Shown here in pieces: positions 48,860 to 57,519 of a stretch of 64,000 nucleotides of DNA. The position numbers were made by a program, and so were the translations under genes. The first letter of the stretch is position 1; every line of letters begins with the position of its first letter. The notes under the pieces are model-generated. The model saw nothing but the letters and a program-made list of their open reading frames with translations, had not been told where the DNA came from and ran no database searches. This stretch comes from Phycisphaerae bacterium (GTDB lineage: Bacteria; Planctomycetota; Phycisphaerae; Phycisphaerales; UBA1924): contig JAEUJA010000142.1 in the NCBI GenBank assembly GCA_016793195.1, positions 780 through 64,779 of the forward strand. Reading direction: 5' to 3'.

Positions 48860-50764
48860 ATGCGGAATGGTGATGGGCCGCTCAAGCTCGGTTCTGCCCC
48901 CGCGGGTGTGCTCGCGAGCGTGTGGTCGCTCGTCGCCGCCCGGTGGCGGCACGCGCGCGGCCGGCGCGCCGGCGTCCTGCTCGCGCTGATCTGCCTGTCA
49001 GTGTATGTCCCCGGCCTGCTCCAAACGCCGCCCATCGACCGCGACGAGTCCCGCTTCGCCCAGGCCAGCCGCCAGATGTTCGAGGCTGTCACGCTGCCGG
49101 AACAGGAACGATCACCCGCGCTGCACTCGGGCGGTGCCATCATCCCGATGGTGCAGGACAAGCCGCGGCTCAACAAACCGCCGCTGATCTACTGGCTGCA
49201 GGCCGCCTCGGCATGGTTCTTCACGCTCGGTGATCCAACGCGCGACGCGATCTGGATGTACCGAATTCCGAGCGTGCTCTGCGCGATCGGCACCGTGCTC
49301 GTCACGTGGCGGCTCGGTTGCCGAATGTTTGATCCACGGGCCGCTTGGCTCGGTGCGGCATTGCTGGCGGTGTGCCCGCTGGTCGCGTTCGACGCGCACC
49401 AGGCACGCGCGGATCAGCTACTCTTGTTCTCTGTCGTGCTCACGCAAGCGGCGATGTGGCGCCTGTGGCACGAGCGGAACGCGACATGGCTCCACGCCGC
49501 GATGTTCTGGCTGGCGATGTCGATGGGCATCCTGGCCAAGGGCCCGATCGCACCCATGATCGCGCTCCTCACCGTGCTGATGCAGTGCGTCTTCACGCGA
49601 TCGTGGGGGCACGGACGGGAACTTCGTCCGATGCTGGGCGTGGCCATCATCGCGGCGTGCGTCGGGCCGTGGGTCTGGGCAGTCGGCGAGCGCGTCGCCT
49701 GGAGCTCCTATTGGTCGTTGATTCTCGATGAAACGCTCGGGCGCAGCGTCGAGGCAAAGGAAGGTCACTGGGGCCCGCCGGGGTATCACACGCTCCTGCT
49801 GGCGGCACTGTTCTGGCCGGGCTCATTGGCGACGCTGGCCGCGCTCGCCCGCGCGCTCCGCCGCGGCCTGCCTCGAGTGTCTTCGAGCTGGCGTTGGAAG
49901 CGCAAGGCCGGCCGCCCGGGCGAACTCCTTTGCCTCGCCTGGCTGCTCCCCGCTTGGGTCGTGTTCGAGATTGTCGGTACCAAGCTCCCGCACTACACCA
50001 TGCCGCTCTACCCGGCGATCGCGCTGCTCTCGGCCCGCGGGCTGCTGTCGATCGCGAGCGAGACGGCGCGCGCGACCGTGAGGGCGAGGCCCGGGTCAGG
50101 TCCGAGCCAAGGCGCTCCGGGCGAGCCGCAAACGCACGCGAGCGGTTTGATCCCGGGATCGGCGCGCCTCCCAAGCACGAATTATCTCTCGAAGCCCATC
50201 GCCTGGCTGCCGTGGGCGATCCTCGGCGCCGCGCTGAGCGCTTCGGCCCCCGTGCTTCTCTGGATCATTCAGCCCGATCTTCTCCCGGCCGCGCTCGCCG
50301 CCGCGCCGTCCATCGCCGCCATCATCCTGCTGATCCTCGCGTGTCGATCCGCGGCACGCTCGCAGCCTCTCCGAGCGCAGGGCCTCGGGATCATCGCCGC
50401 GATCCTCGCGCTCGTGCCGTTCTTCCTCATGCTCATGCCGCGCGTGACAACACTTAGCCCACGATTGATCGAGCATGTTCAGTCCGTCGACCCGGCGCGC
50501 TCGCGGCCGCTGGCGTGCAGCGGTTATCAGGAAGACAGTCTGGTTTTCCTGACCCGCGGGCGCATCCGGCGCGTGCCCGAAGAGTCCATCGCTGACTGGG
50601 CCGCGACGCACCCGGAAGGGCTCGTGATCGCTCCCATCGAATCATCGCCAGCGGCGGCGTCGCTGCGTGCCGCGGGCTGGCGCGACGAATTCAAGACAAC
50701 TGGCGTGAACCTCGGGCGTGGGCGGATCGTTCGAGTGGGCGTGTGGACGCGAGGTACGAAGTGA
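48860..50764 (+). CDS. ArnT-like / PMT-family (GT39/GT83) membrane glycosyltransferase
   Basis: 634 aa, polytopic. N-terminal loop motif PPIDRDESRFAQASRQM followed by NKPPLIYWLQA, as in dolichyl/undecaprenyl-phosphate-sugar dependent transferases. Divergent from the PAP2 gene. Confidence 0.75.
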   Translation: MRNGDGPLKLGSAPAGVLASVWSLVAARWRHARGRRAGVLLALICLSVYVPGLLQTPPIDRDESRFAQASRQMFEAVTLPEQERSPALHSGGAIIPMVQDKPRLNKPPLIYWLQAASAWFFTLGDPTRDAIWMYRIPSVLCAIGTVLVTWRLGCRMFDPRAAWLGAALLAVCPLVAFDAHQARADQLLLFSVVLTQAAMWRLWHERNATWLHAAMFWLAMSMGILAKGPIAPMIALLTVLMQCVFTRSWGHGRELRPMLGVAIIAACVGPWVWAVGERVAWSSYWSLILDETLGRSVEAKEGHWGPPGYHTLLLAALFWPGSLATLAALARALRRGLPRVSSSWRWKRKAGRPGELLCLAWLLPAWVVFEIVGTKLPHYTMPLYPAIALLSARGLLSIASETARATVRARPGSGPSQGAPGEPQTHASGLIPGSARLPSTNYLSKPIAWLPWAILGAALSASAPVLLWIIQPDLLPAALAAAPSIAAIILLILACRSAARSQPLRAQGLGIIAAILALVPFFLMLMPRVTTLSPRLIEHVQSVDPARSRPLACSGYQEDSLVFLTRGRIRRVPEESIADWAATHPEGLVIAPIESSPAAASLRAAGWRDEFKTTGVNLGRGRIVRVGVWTRGTK

Positions 50765-51615
50765 ACGAACCGCAGGGCAATCCGCGTCCGCCGAGCGTCC
50801 CCTCCATCGCGACATCCGCGCCGAGCGATCCCATCGAACGATCGGCGCCCGCAACGCACGATTCTCCGTCGCCCGCCGATCCGCAGCGGCATGGTTCGCC
50901 CGCGCCGCCCGTCTCGCCCACCGGCCTGCTCATCATCGACAAGCAGCCGGGCTTCACGTCCATGGACGTGTGCGCCATCATCCGCGCCCGCCTCCGGCGC
51001 GCGGGCGCGCCAAAGGGCGTCAAGGTCGGGCACGGCGGGACGCTCGACCCGCTCGCGACCGGCGTGCTCGTCGTGCTCATCGGCAAGGCCACGCGACTGT
51101 GCGACCAGGTTATGGCGACGCGAAAGACCTACGCGACCACCATCGACCTCTCGCGCCTCTCAACCACCGACGACGAGGCCGGCGTCTGCACACCAATCGA
51201 TCCCACCCTCCGCGTTTCGCGCGAGGATATCGAGCGAGTTCTCCCGCAATTCATCGGCACGATCGATCAACGCCCGCCCGCGTATTCCGCGATCAACGTC
51301 GGCGGCCGGCGCTCCTATGAACTGGCGCGCGAGGGCACGCCGATCGAACTCGCACCCCGCAAAGTGGAAATCCACGTCATCCGCGTCGAGACGTTTGACT
51401 GGCCAAAGCTCTCGATCGTCGTCGAGTGCGGCAAGGGCGTCTACATCCGCAGCCTCGCGCGAGATCTCGGCGCCGCGCTCGGCGTGGGCGGCATGCTCAC
51501 CTCCTTGCGTCGCACCGCCAGCGGCGTGTTCTCGATCGGCCGTGCGGTCACGCTCGATCAACTCCCCGACAGGCTGACGCAGGCGGAATTGCTCCCAATC
51601 CCGGCCACCCCTTGA
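50761..51615 (+). CDS. truB: tRNA pseudouridine(55) synthase
   Basis: Core GLLIIDKQPGFTSMDV ... GHGGTLDPLATGVLVVLIGKATRL (catalytic Asp) ... PPAYSAINVGGRRSYELAREG. The start is uncertain: GTG 50761 overlaps the upstream stop (GTGA), and GTG 50743 is also in frame. Unusually long Pro/Ser-rich N-terminal leader. Confidence 0.88.
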   Translation: MNEPQGNPRPPSVPSIATSAPSDPIERSAPATHDSPSPADPQRHGSPAPPVSPTGLLIIDKQPGFTSMDVCAIIRARLRRAGAPKGVKVGHGGTLDPLATGVLVVLIGKATRLCDQVMATRKTYATTIDLSRLSTTDDEAGVCTPIDPTLRVSREDIERVLPQFIGTIDQRPPAYSAINVGGRRSYELAREGTPIELAPRKVEIHVIRVETFDWPKLSIVVECGKGVYIRSLARDLGAALGVGGMLTSLRRTASGVFSIGRAVTLDQLPDRLTQAELLPIPATP

Positions 51616-51660
51616 ACCAGCCCGCGTCGATGCTCGTATGCCCGCAAGCCGCCAACAGGC

Positions 51661-53019
51661 GTGCCGCACGCAGCAGAGGTCGACCACACCGTGATGAGCC
51701 AGCCGACGCCAGCAGCCGAGCCGCATTCAGAGCCCTGCGCGGCGCAGAGTCCGAGAAGCCCGCGGCGAAGGGCTGTCGTCGCATTCGCATGGCTTGGCTT
51801 GGTCGCGATCTCGGTCGCCAGCCACTGGGCCGTGTGGCTCGCGCCGCTCGACGCGCGCAGCGCAAGCGGTACTGGCCCGGGCATGGCGGCCAAGTGCATC
51901 GCCAATGTCCTCAACGTGCTGTGCGCGCCCGGCTGGGGGATCGTGCACAGAGTCAGCGGCCATTGGCACACGGACTCGCTCGGCGCGGCGTTCCTGGCCG
52001 CGAGCCTGTCGTGGACCGGCTGGTTTGTCGGGCTGGCCATGCTGGGAGCGCTCCGCCGGGCCGCGGCCGGCATTCCCCGCTCCCGCGCACGCGCCGTCCC
52101 CGCGTCTTCCTCACGCCGTCGCTTCCTCTTCGACGGCACGCTCGGCCTTGGCTGCGCCTCCACACTCGCCGTCGGCGCCGACGCCACGCTCGTCGAGCCC
52201 TGGGACCTCCGCGTCACACGCTACGACGTCCCGATCGCGGGGTTGCCCGCGTCGCTCGTCGGCCTGAAACTCGTTCAACTCAGCGACACCCACCTGGGCC
52301 CGCGAATCCCCGCGTCCTTCATCCGCGACGTCGTCACTCAAACGCTCGCCCTCAAGCCCGACATCGTGCTCCTCACCGGCGACTACGTCCACGATGGCCC
52401 GCGATGGATCGAGCCCGCGGCCCGGCTCTTCGAGCCTCTCGTCGCGCCCGGGCGTGTCGTGGTGGGGGTGCTGGGCAACCACGACTGGTGGGCCGGCGGT
52501 CGGCGCATGGCCGACGCGCTCACCCGCATCGGCGTGCGCATGATCGACAACGCCCGCTGTTTCTACGACCCGCGCTCGCGCTCGCTCGTGAACGACGCAA
52601 ACGAGTCGCACGAAGAGTGCCTTTGCCTGGCCGGCCTAGGCGACCTCAAGGAGGATCACGTCGATTTCGACGCCGCCCTCTCCGGCGTGCCCGAGTCCAT
52701 GCCGCGCCTTGTGCTCGCGCACCGCCCCGACACCGCCGAATTGCCGGAGCTTCATGCGCCGCGCCCGCCGCGCATCGACCTCATGCTGTGCGGGCACACG
52801 CACGGCGGGCAGGTCCGTCTGCCGATCGTCGGCACTCCCATGGTCCCAAGCCGCTACGGCAGCAAGTACGCCGCCGGGCTCGTTCAAGGCCCCGCCTGCC
52901 GCGTGCTGATCTCGCGCGGCGTCGGCATGTCGATCCTCCCCCTGCGGTTCGGCGTCCCGCCAGAGATCGTTGAGATCACGCTCACGCGGGCCCCCGCCGC
53001 GCCCAACAATCCCGCGTGA
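51661..53019 (+). CDS. membrane-anchored metallophosphoesterase (calcineurin-like)
   Basis: Up to 452 aa. N-terminal TM helices, then the MPE motifs LSDTHLG, LTGDYVHDG, VLGNHDWW and CGHTHGGQVRLP. The start is ambiguous (GTG 51661 or ATG 51694). Confidence 0.8.
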   Translation: MPHAAEVDHTVMSQPTPAAEPHSEPCAAQSPRSPRRRAVVAFAWLGLVAISVASHWAVWLAPLDARSASGTGPGMAAKCIANVLNVLCAPGWGIVHRVSGHWHTDSLGAAFLAASLSWTGWFVGLAMLGALRRAAAGIPRSRARAVPASSSRRRFLFDGTLGLGCASTLAVGADATLVEPWDLRVTRYDVPIAGLPASLVGLKLVQLSDTHLGPRIPASFIRDVVTQTLALKPDIVLLTGDYVHDGPRWIEPAARLFEPLVAPGRVVVGVLGNHDWWAGGRRMADALTRIGVRMIDNARCFYDPRSRSLVNDANESHEECLCLAGLGDLKEDHVDFDAALSGVPESMPRLVLAHRPDTAELPELHAPRPPRIDLMLCGHTHGGQVRLPIVGTPMVPSRYGSKYAAGLVQGPACRVLISRGVGMSILPLRFGVPPEIVEITLTRAPAAPNNPA

Positions 53020-54095
53020 ACGAACCGACCGCACAGTTCGAGCGATACCGACGCCAGACAATCCTGCCCGAATTCGGCGCGTCGTCACAGCAAAGTCTCG
53101 CACGCTCGCACGCCCTCATCGTCGGCGTGGGCGCGCTGGGCTGCGCCTCGGCCGATCTGCTCGCCCGCGCCGGCGTGGGAACCCTGACGCTCGTCGATCG
53201 CGACGTCGTCGAACTCACCAACCTCCAGCGCCAATGCCTCTTCGACGAGGCGGACGCGCGCGAGCGTCGCCCCAAGGCCGAGGCCGCGGCCGCTCGCCTC
53301 GCGCGCGTCAATGCCGGCATCCGCGTCGAGCCGCGCGTCGTCGACGTCACCTCGCGCACCCTGCCGCGCGTGCTCCGCGACGCCGGGCCCGACGTGATCG
53401 TCGACGGCACCGACAACGCGGGCACCCGGTACCTGCTCAACGACGCCGCCGTGCGCGATTCGGTCCCGTTCGTCTACGGCGGGGTGATCGGCACGCGCGG
53501 CATGCAGATGACGATCCTCCCCGGCGCTTCGCCGTGCCTGCGCTGCGTCTTCGAGGAGCCGCCCGCGCCCGGCTCGATGCCGACGTGCGACACCGCCGGC
53601 GTGCTCGGGCCCGCGGTCGCGATCGTCGCGGGCTGCCAGGCCGCGGACGCCATCAAGGTCCTCATCGGGCGGCGCGACCTCGTCAAGCCCACGCTCCTGG
53701 AGTTCGACCTGTGGACCAGCGAGCGGCGCCGCCTCGATCTCTCCGCGATGTGCGACCCCGCAGCGCGCCAGCGCTGTCCATGCTGCGCCAAACGCTCCTT
53801 TGAGTTCCTCGACGGCCAGCACGACGACGACGCGATCAAGCTCTGCGGCAAGCTGGCGGTGCAGATCGCGTCGACCGGGCGTGAGTGCGACCTCGATCAG
53901 GCCGCGAGCACGCTGCGCGAGTTCTCGCCCACCCGCGTCTCGCCCTCGCTCCTGCGTGTCTCGCTCGCGGGTGAGCGGGCCGAGAACGGCGCCCCGATCG
54001 AGCTCTCTCTGTTCGCCGACGGGCGCGCGATCGTGGACGGCACCGCCGACCCCGCCCGGGCCCGCGGCGTCTACGCCAAGTACGTCGGCGCGTGA
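53016..54095 (+). CDS. ThiF/MoeB/HesA-family adenylyltransferase
   Basis: 359 aa. ERYRRQTILPEFG, nucleotide-binding motif VGVGALGCASADLLARAGVG, LVDRDVVELTNLQRQ, Zn-site pairs CLRC and CPCC, and a C-terminal extension ending ...FADGRAIVDGTADPARARGVYAKYVGA. The GTG start overlaps the upstream stop. Confidence 0.85.
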   Translation: MNEPTAQFERYRRQTILPEFGASSQQSLARSHALIVGVGALGCASADLLARAGVGTLTLVDRDVVELTNLQRQCLFDEADARERRPKAEAAAARLARVNAGIRVEPRVVDVTSRTLPRVLRDAGPDVIVDGTDNAGTRYLLNDAAVRDSVPFVYGGVIGTRGMQMTILPGASPCLRCVFEEPPAPGSMPTCDTAGVLGPAVAIVAGCQAADAIKVLIGRRDLVKPTLLEFDLWTSERRRLDLSAMCDPAARQRCPCCAKRSFEFLDGQHDDDAIKLCGKLAVQIASTGRECDLDQAASTLREFSPTRVSPSLLRVSLAGERAENGAPIELSLFADGRAIVDGTADPARARGVYAKYVGA

Positions 54096-54368
54096 TCGTG
54101 TGACGTCGAGCGGCGCGCCCCATCGATCAATGTTTCGACCTGAAGGCCGCGCGTTCGGACGCCGGACCTGAGGCCTCGCGAAGGCTGGGGTCGATGCGTT
54201 GTGAGCGAGAGAGTCACGCAGAACCCGCGTCTACCCCGCCCCGGCCCGTGCCCCTCAAGGACCCCGGACCATCGCGGAGCATCGGGTCCGACACCCGTCG
54301 CGCGGTTCCCCCACCCAAGCCGTATGATCCGCCCGCGTCGCGCGCCGCGATTCTGAAGGAGAGGCACG

Positions 54369-54890
54369 ATGGGAGCGTTCGCCGAGATGATCGTCGCCGG
54401 GCACCGCCGCTCGCAGAGCTACGCGCAGCGGCTGTTGAAAGACGTCACGCCCGCGATGTTCGCGCGCAAGGCGGTCGTCAACGCCAAGACGATCGAGACG
54501 AATCACGCCTGCTGGGTCTATGGGCACCTGTGCCTCTATCCGCAGCGCATCGCCGCGGCGCTGGGTCGTCAGGCCGACGTCCCCGAACTCCCCGCGGGCT
54601 GGGAAGCGATCTTCAAGGACGGCACGCCGTGCGTTGACGACACCGACGCCAGTACCTATCCCGCGATGGGCGCCGTTGTCGACGCCTACACCAAGGGCTA
54701 CGAAGCGATCGCCTCGGTCGTCCTCACCATCTCCGACGCGGACCTGTCCAAGCCGACGCCGATCGAACGCTACCGCGAGTTCCTGCCGCTCGTCGGCGGC
54801 ATGGCGATGTTTATGATGAACAACCACATCGCGGTCCACATGGGCCAGGTGAGCGCGTGGCGTCGGTGCATGGGCCTCGGGAGCGCGTAA
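54369..54890 (+). CDS. DinB-family (DinB_2-like) protein
   Basis: 173 aa. A strong GAAGGAGAGG lies upstream. Conserved His positions (VYGHL ... NNHIAVHMGQ) fit the DinB four-helix metal-site pattern. The assignment rests on pattern recognition only. Confidence 0.6.
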   Translation: MGAFAEMIVAGHRRSQSYAQRLLKDVTPAMFARKAVVNAKTIETNHACWVYGHLCLYPQRIAAALGRQADVPELPAGWEAIFKDGTPCVDDTDASTYPAMGAVVDAYTKGYEAIASVVLTISDADLSKPTPIERYREFLPLVGGMAMFMMNNHIAVHMGQVSAWRRCMGLGSA

Positions 54891-54893
54891 GCG

Positions 54894-55021
54894 GAAGTCA
54901 CGAAGTCACGAAGTCACGAAGTCACGAAGTCACGAAGTCACGAAGTCACGAAGTCACGAAGTCACGAAGTCACGAAGTCACGAAGTCACGAAGTCACGAA
55001 GTCACGAAGTCACGAAGTCAC
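54894..55021. repeat. perfect tandem array: 16 copies of the octanucleotide GAAGTCAC
   Basis: Counted directly: 128 nt with no mismatch. It begins 3 nt after the DinB-family stop codon (TAA 54888-54890) and ends 60 nt before the stop of the convergent MBL gene (55082). Confidence 0.95.
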
Positions 55022-55081
55022 GGGCACCGCCTGCTTCGTTCATTCGCGCCACGCTTTTCGCGATCTTCGCGCCCCATCCGC

Positions 55082-55744
55082 TCACGCCCGCACGAACGGA
55101 TTGCTCTTCATCTCACGCCCAATCGTCGTCGGCGGCCCGTGCCCCGGGAACACTCGCGTCTGCGGCGGGAGCGCATACAGCACGCGCCGGATCGACTCGG
55201 CGAGCGTCCCCGGGCTGCTCCCCGGAAAATCGGTCCGCCCGATCGAGCCATTGAAGAGCGAGTCGCCCACGAGCGCGACGCCCGCGTCGGCGCAGTAAAG
55301 CGTCACGCCCCCGGGCGAGTGTCCGGGTGTGTGACGGACGACCCAGCGCGAGGGCCCAAGCGTGAGTTCCTGCCCATCCGACAGTTCACCGTCGGGCTCG
55401 CCCTCGCTCACGGGCCGGCCGGTCATGGCCGAGAGGTTGAGCATGGGGTCCGACAGCCACTCGTGCTCCGCCCCATGCAGAAGCACGGGAACCCCCGGGA
55501 ACGCGCGCCGCAGCTGCCCGAGGCCCGCGATATGGTCGACATGGGCGTGGGTGAGCAGGATCGCTCGGGGGGTGAGGCCCAACCGCCGGATGTGGTCGAC
55601 CAGATCGTCGGGGTCAAAACTGGCGTCAACGATCCAGCAATCGCGCCTCTCCCCGGGCGTTACCACATAGCAGTTGGTCTCCCATGGCCCGAGCGCGAAG
55701 GGCTGAATCGAGATTTGGGCTCCGTTCGAGTTTGGCTCGACCAT
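55082..55744 (-). CDS. MBL-fold metallo-hydrolase (glyoxalase II-like)
   Basis: 220 aa. HxHxDH motif LLTHAHVDHIAGL plus the downstream HTPGHSPGG and GDSLF..SIGR segments. Confidence 0.85.
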   Translation of the reverse strand: MVEPNSNGAQISIQPFALGPWETNCYVVTPGERRDCWIVDASFDPDDLVDHIRRLGLTPRAILLTHAHVDHIAGLGQLRRAFPGVPVLLHGAEHEWLSDPMLNLSAMTGRPVSEGEPDGELSDGQELTLGPSRWVVRHTPGHSPGGVTLYCADAGVALVGDSLFNGSIGRTDFPGSSPGTLAESIRRVLYALPPQTRVFPGHGPPTTIGREMKSNPFVRA

Positions 55745-55811
55745 CGGCCGATGGTAGGTACACTCATTTCAGGGCCGCCCGGACGCGGCCTGCCAACCGA
55801 GAGGGACCTTC

Positions 55812-56795
55812 ATGCCTAACTCCAACAACCGCAACGAGTTCGGGAAGCCTTCGCCCGCCGCCACCGATCCTACCCAGTCGGCGGCGTGGTGGCTGGGGCT
55901 CTCCATCGCGGCCCTGCTCTGCTTCGTGCTGGTCGTCAACGGCACGTCGAGCAAGCCCTTCAACGTCGTGACCGGCCTTGGAATCCTGGGCCTGGTGGTC
56001 GTCTGGGCGCTCTTCCTGCTCTCCCTCCTCCTGCGGCGCACCGGCGTCTCCGCGCTCGAGCAGCGCATCGAGAGCCTCACCGCGATGGTCGAGCAGCTCT
56101 CCCAGCAGGGCTCGCTCTCCGACGACGCGCGCCGCGTCATCAACCGCGCCCGCGAGCGCGAGCTGCTCCGCCGCGCCATCGAAGAGGACATGGGACGCGA
56201 GGACTGGGACGCCGCCATGGTGCTCGTGAAGGAGCTCGCCGATCGATTCGGCTATCGCGCCGACGCCGAGGAGTTCCGCCAGCGCATCACCACCGCCCGG
56301 GCCGAGACCCTCGATCGACGCTACCGCGAGGCGGTCTCCGTGCTCGACGGCCTGATCATGCAGCGGCGCTGGGATTCGGCGATCGCCGAGGCCGACAAGA
56401 TCGCACGCCTCTTCCCCGAAGTCTCCCGCGTCACCACCCTCCGCCCACGCGTCGAGGACGCGCGCGGACTCTACAAGGCCGACGTCGAGCGGCGCTTCCT
56501 CGAAGCAACCCGCGACGGCGACGTCGACACCGCCATGAAGCTCCTGGCCGAGCTCGACGCCTACCTCACCGAGAGCGAGGCCGCCCCGTACAAGGAAGTG
56601 GCGCGGGGCGTCATCGGCAAGGCCCGCGACAACCTCGGCGCCGCCTTCAAGCTCGCGGTCTACAACAAGCGGTGGGTCGAGGCCGCCGACCTCGGAGACA
56701 AGATCATCGGCCAATTCCCCAACAGCCGCATGGCGGTCGAGGTGCGTTCGCTGATCGACGGCATCCGCACCAAGGCCGCGGCGTGGCAGCGGTGA
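55812..56795 (+). CDS. membrane-anchored helical-repeat (TPR-like) protein, function unknown
   Basis: 327 aa. Two N-terminal TM helices (WWLGLSIAALLCFVLVV; LGILGLVVVWALFLLSLLL), then four roughly 45-aa repeats of the form (D/R)W(D/V).A......I...FP.S. Confidence 0.6.
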   Translation: MPNSNNRNEFGKPSPAATDPTQSAAWWLGLSIAALLCFVLVVNGTSSKPFNVVTGLGILGLVVVWALFLLSLLLRRTGVSALEQRIESLTAMVEQLSQQGSLSDDARRVINRARERELLRRAIEEDMGREDWDAAMVLVKELADRFGYRADAEEFRQRITTARAETLDRRYREAVSVLDGLIMQRRWDSAIAEADKIARLFPEVSRVTTLRPRVEDARGLYKADVERRFLEATRDGDVDTAMKLLAELDAYLTESEAAPYKEVARGVIGKARDNLGAAFKLAVYNKRWVEAADLGDKIIGQFPNSRMAVEVRSLIDGIRTKAAAWQR

Positions 56796-56796
56796 A

Positions 56797-57519
56797 TCAG
56801 CCCGCCCTCGCCCGCTCCGCGTTCTCGCGGGCCCCCGACCTCCATGTGTAGATCACCAGGATCACGATCCCGATGATGAGCCACAGGTCGGCGAGGTTGG
56901 AGACATAGGGCCAGACTTCGCGGGCGGTTTGGCCGCTGGCCCAAGGATACGACCATCCGAACGGAAGTTTCACGCCCGGGAGCGGGTGGATGAAGTCTCG
57001 CACGCAGCCGTAGAGCAGTCGGTCGTAGAGGTTTCCCAGGCCGCCCGAGATCACCAGCCCGATCGCCACATGGGCCCAGCGATCCCCGGCGCGGGTCCAG
57101 CGCGCAAACAAGCCGGTCGCGAAAACCACCGCGATCGCCGTGAACAGCACGAAGAACCAGCGCTTGCCCGCGCCGATCCCAAAGACCGCGCCGGGGTTCA
57201 AAACCAGTGTGAACTCCAGCGCGCTCGGCACCACCACGATCGGCCGATGAAACGGGATCAAGTTTCCGAGATTGCTTGTCGCGATCACCGCCTCGCGATC
57301 GATCGCCACCGGCGCTCCGGCGATCGACCTGAACGCGATCTCCTTGCTCGTTAGGTCGGTCACGAGCCCCAGGAGCGTGGTCAGGACAAGCACGACCCAC
57401 GCGCCGCGAGACCTCGACGCGGGTGTGCGACTCGCGACGTCACGCGCGCCGGGGTGCTGGTTCGGATCGGTGGCCCCGCCCCCGGTCCCGTCCACGCCTT
57501 GGTTCTCCGCGGGCTTCAC
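56797..57519 (-). CDS. lspA: signal peptidase II (lipoprotein signal peptidase)
   Basis: Conserved LspA blocks NPGAVFGIG, GGLGNLYDRLLYGCVRDFI and VSNLADLWLIIG. The start is uncertain: GTG 57519 overlaps the dksA-like stop (GTGA), and the track ORF extends to 57627. Confidence 0.85.
   Translation of the reverse strand: MKPAENQGVDGTGGGATDPNQHPGARDVASRTPASRSRGAWVVLVLTTLLGLVTDLTSKEIAFRSIAGAPVAIDREAVIATSNLGNLIPFHRPIVVVPSALEFTLVLNPGAVFGIGAGKRWFFVLFTAIAVVFATGLFARWTRAGDRWAHVAIGLVISGGLGNLYDRLLYGCVRDFIHPLPGVKLPFGWSYPWASGQTAREVWPYVSNLADLWLIIGIVILVIYTWRSGARENAERARAG

Noticed and set aside
50761-53027. An identical 12-nt start context GTGAACGAACCG at both truB (50761) and the ThiF-family gene (53016), each overlapping the upstream stop.
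   Set aside because: A 12-nt match is expected many times by chance in 64 kb of biased composition. There is no extended similarity around it.
53016-54095. The ThiF-family E1-like enzyme as part of a ubiquitin-like conjugation or defence system (Bil/CBASS-Cap2-like).
   Set aside because: No ubiquitin-like, E2-like or JAB/DUB gene is adjacent. The neighbouring genes are a metallophosphoesterase and a DinB-family gene. The C-terminal ...DGRAIV.GT.D...AR..YAKYVGA extension looks like the ordinary long-form ThiF/MoeB family as I recall it.
54894-55021. The octamer array as a CRISPR array or as a coding HEVTKSRS repeat protein (track ORF 54857-55819).
   Set aside because: There are no spacers between the repeats and the unit is only 8 nt, so it is not CRISPR. 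The containing ORF is antisense to a well-supported MBL hydrolase gene and its remainder is shadow-like.
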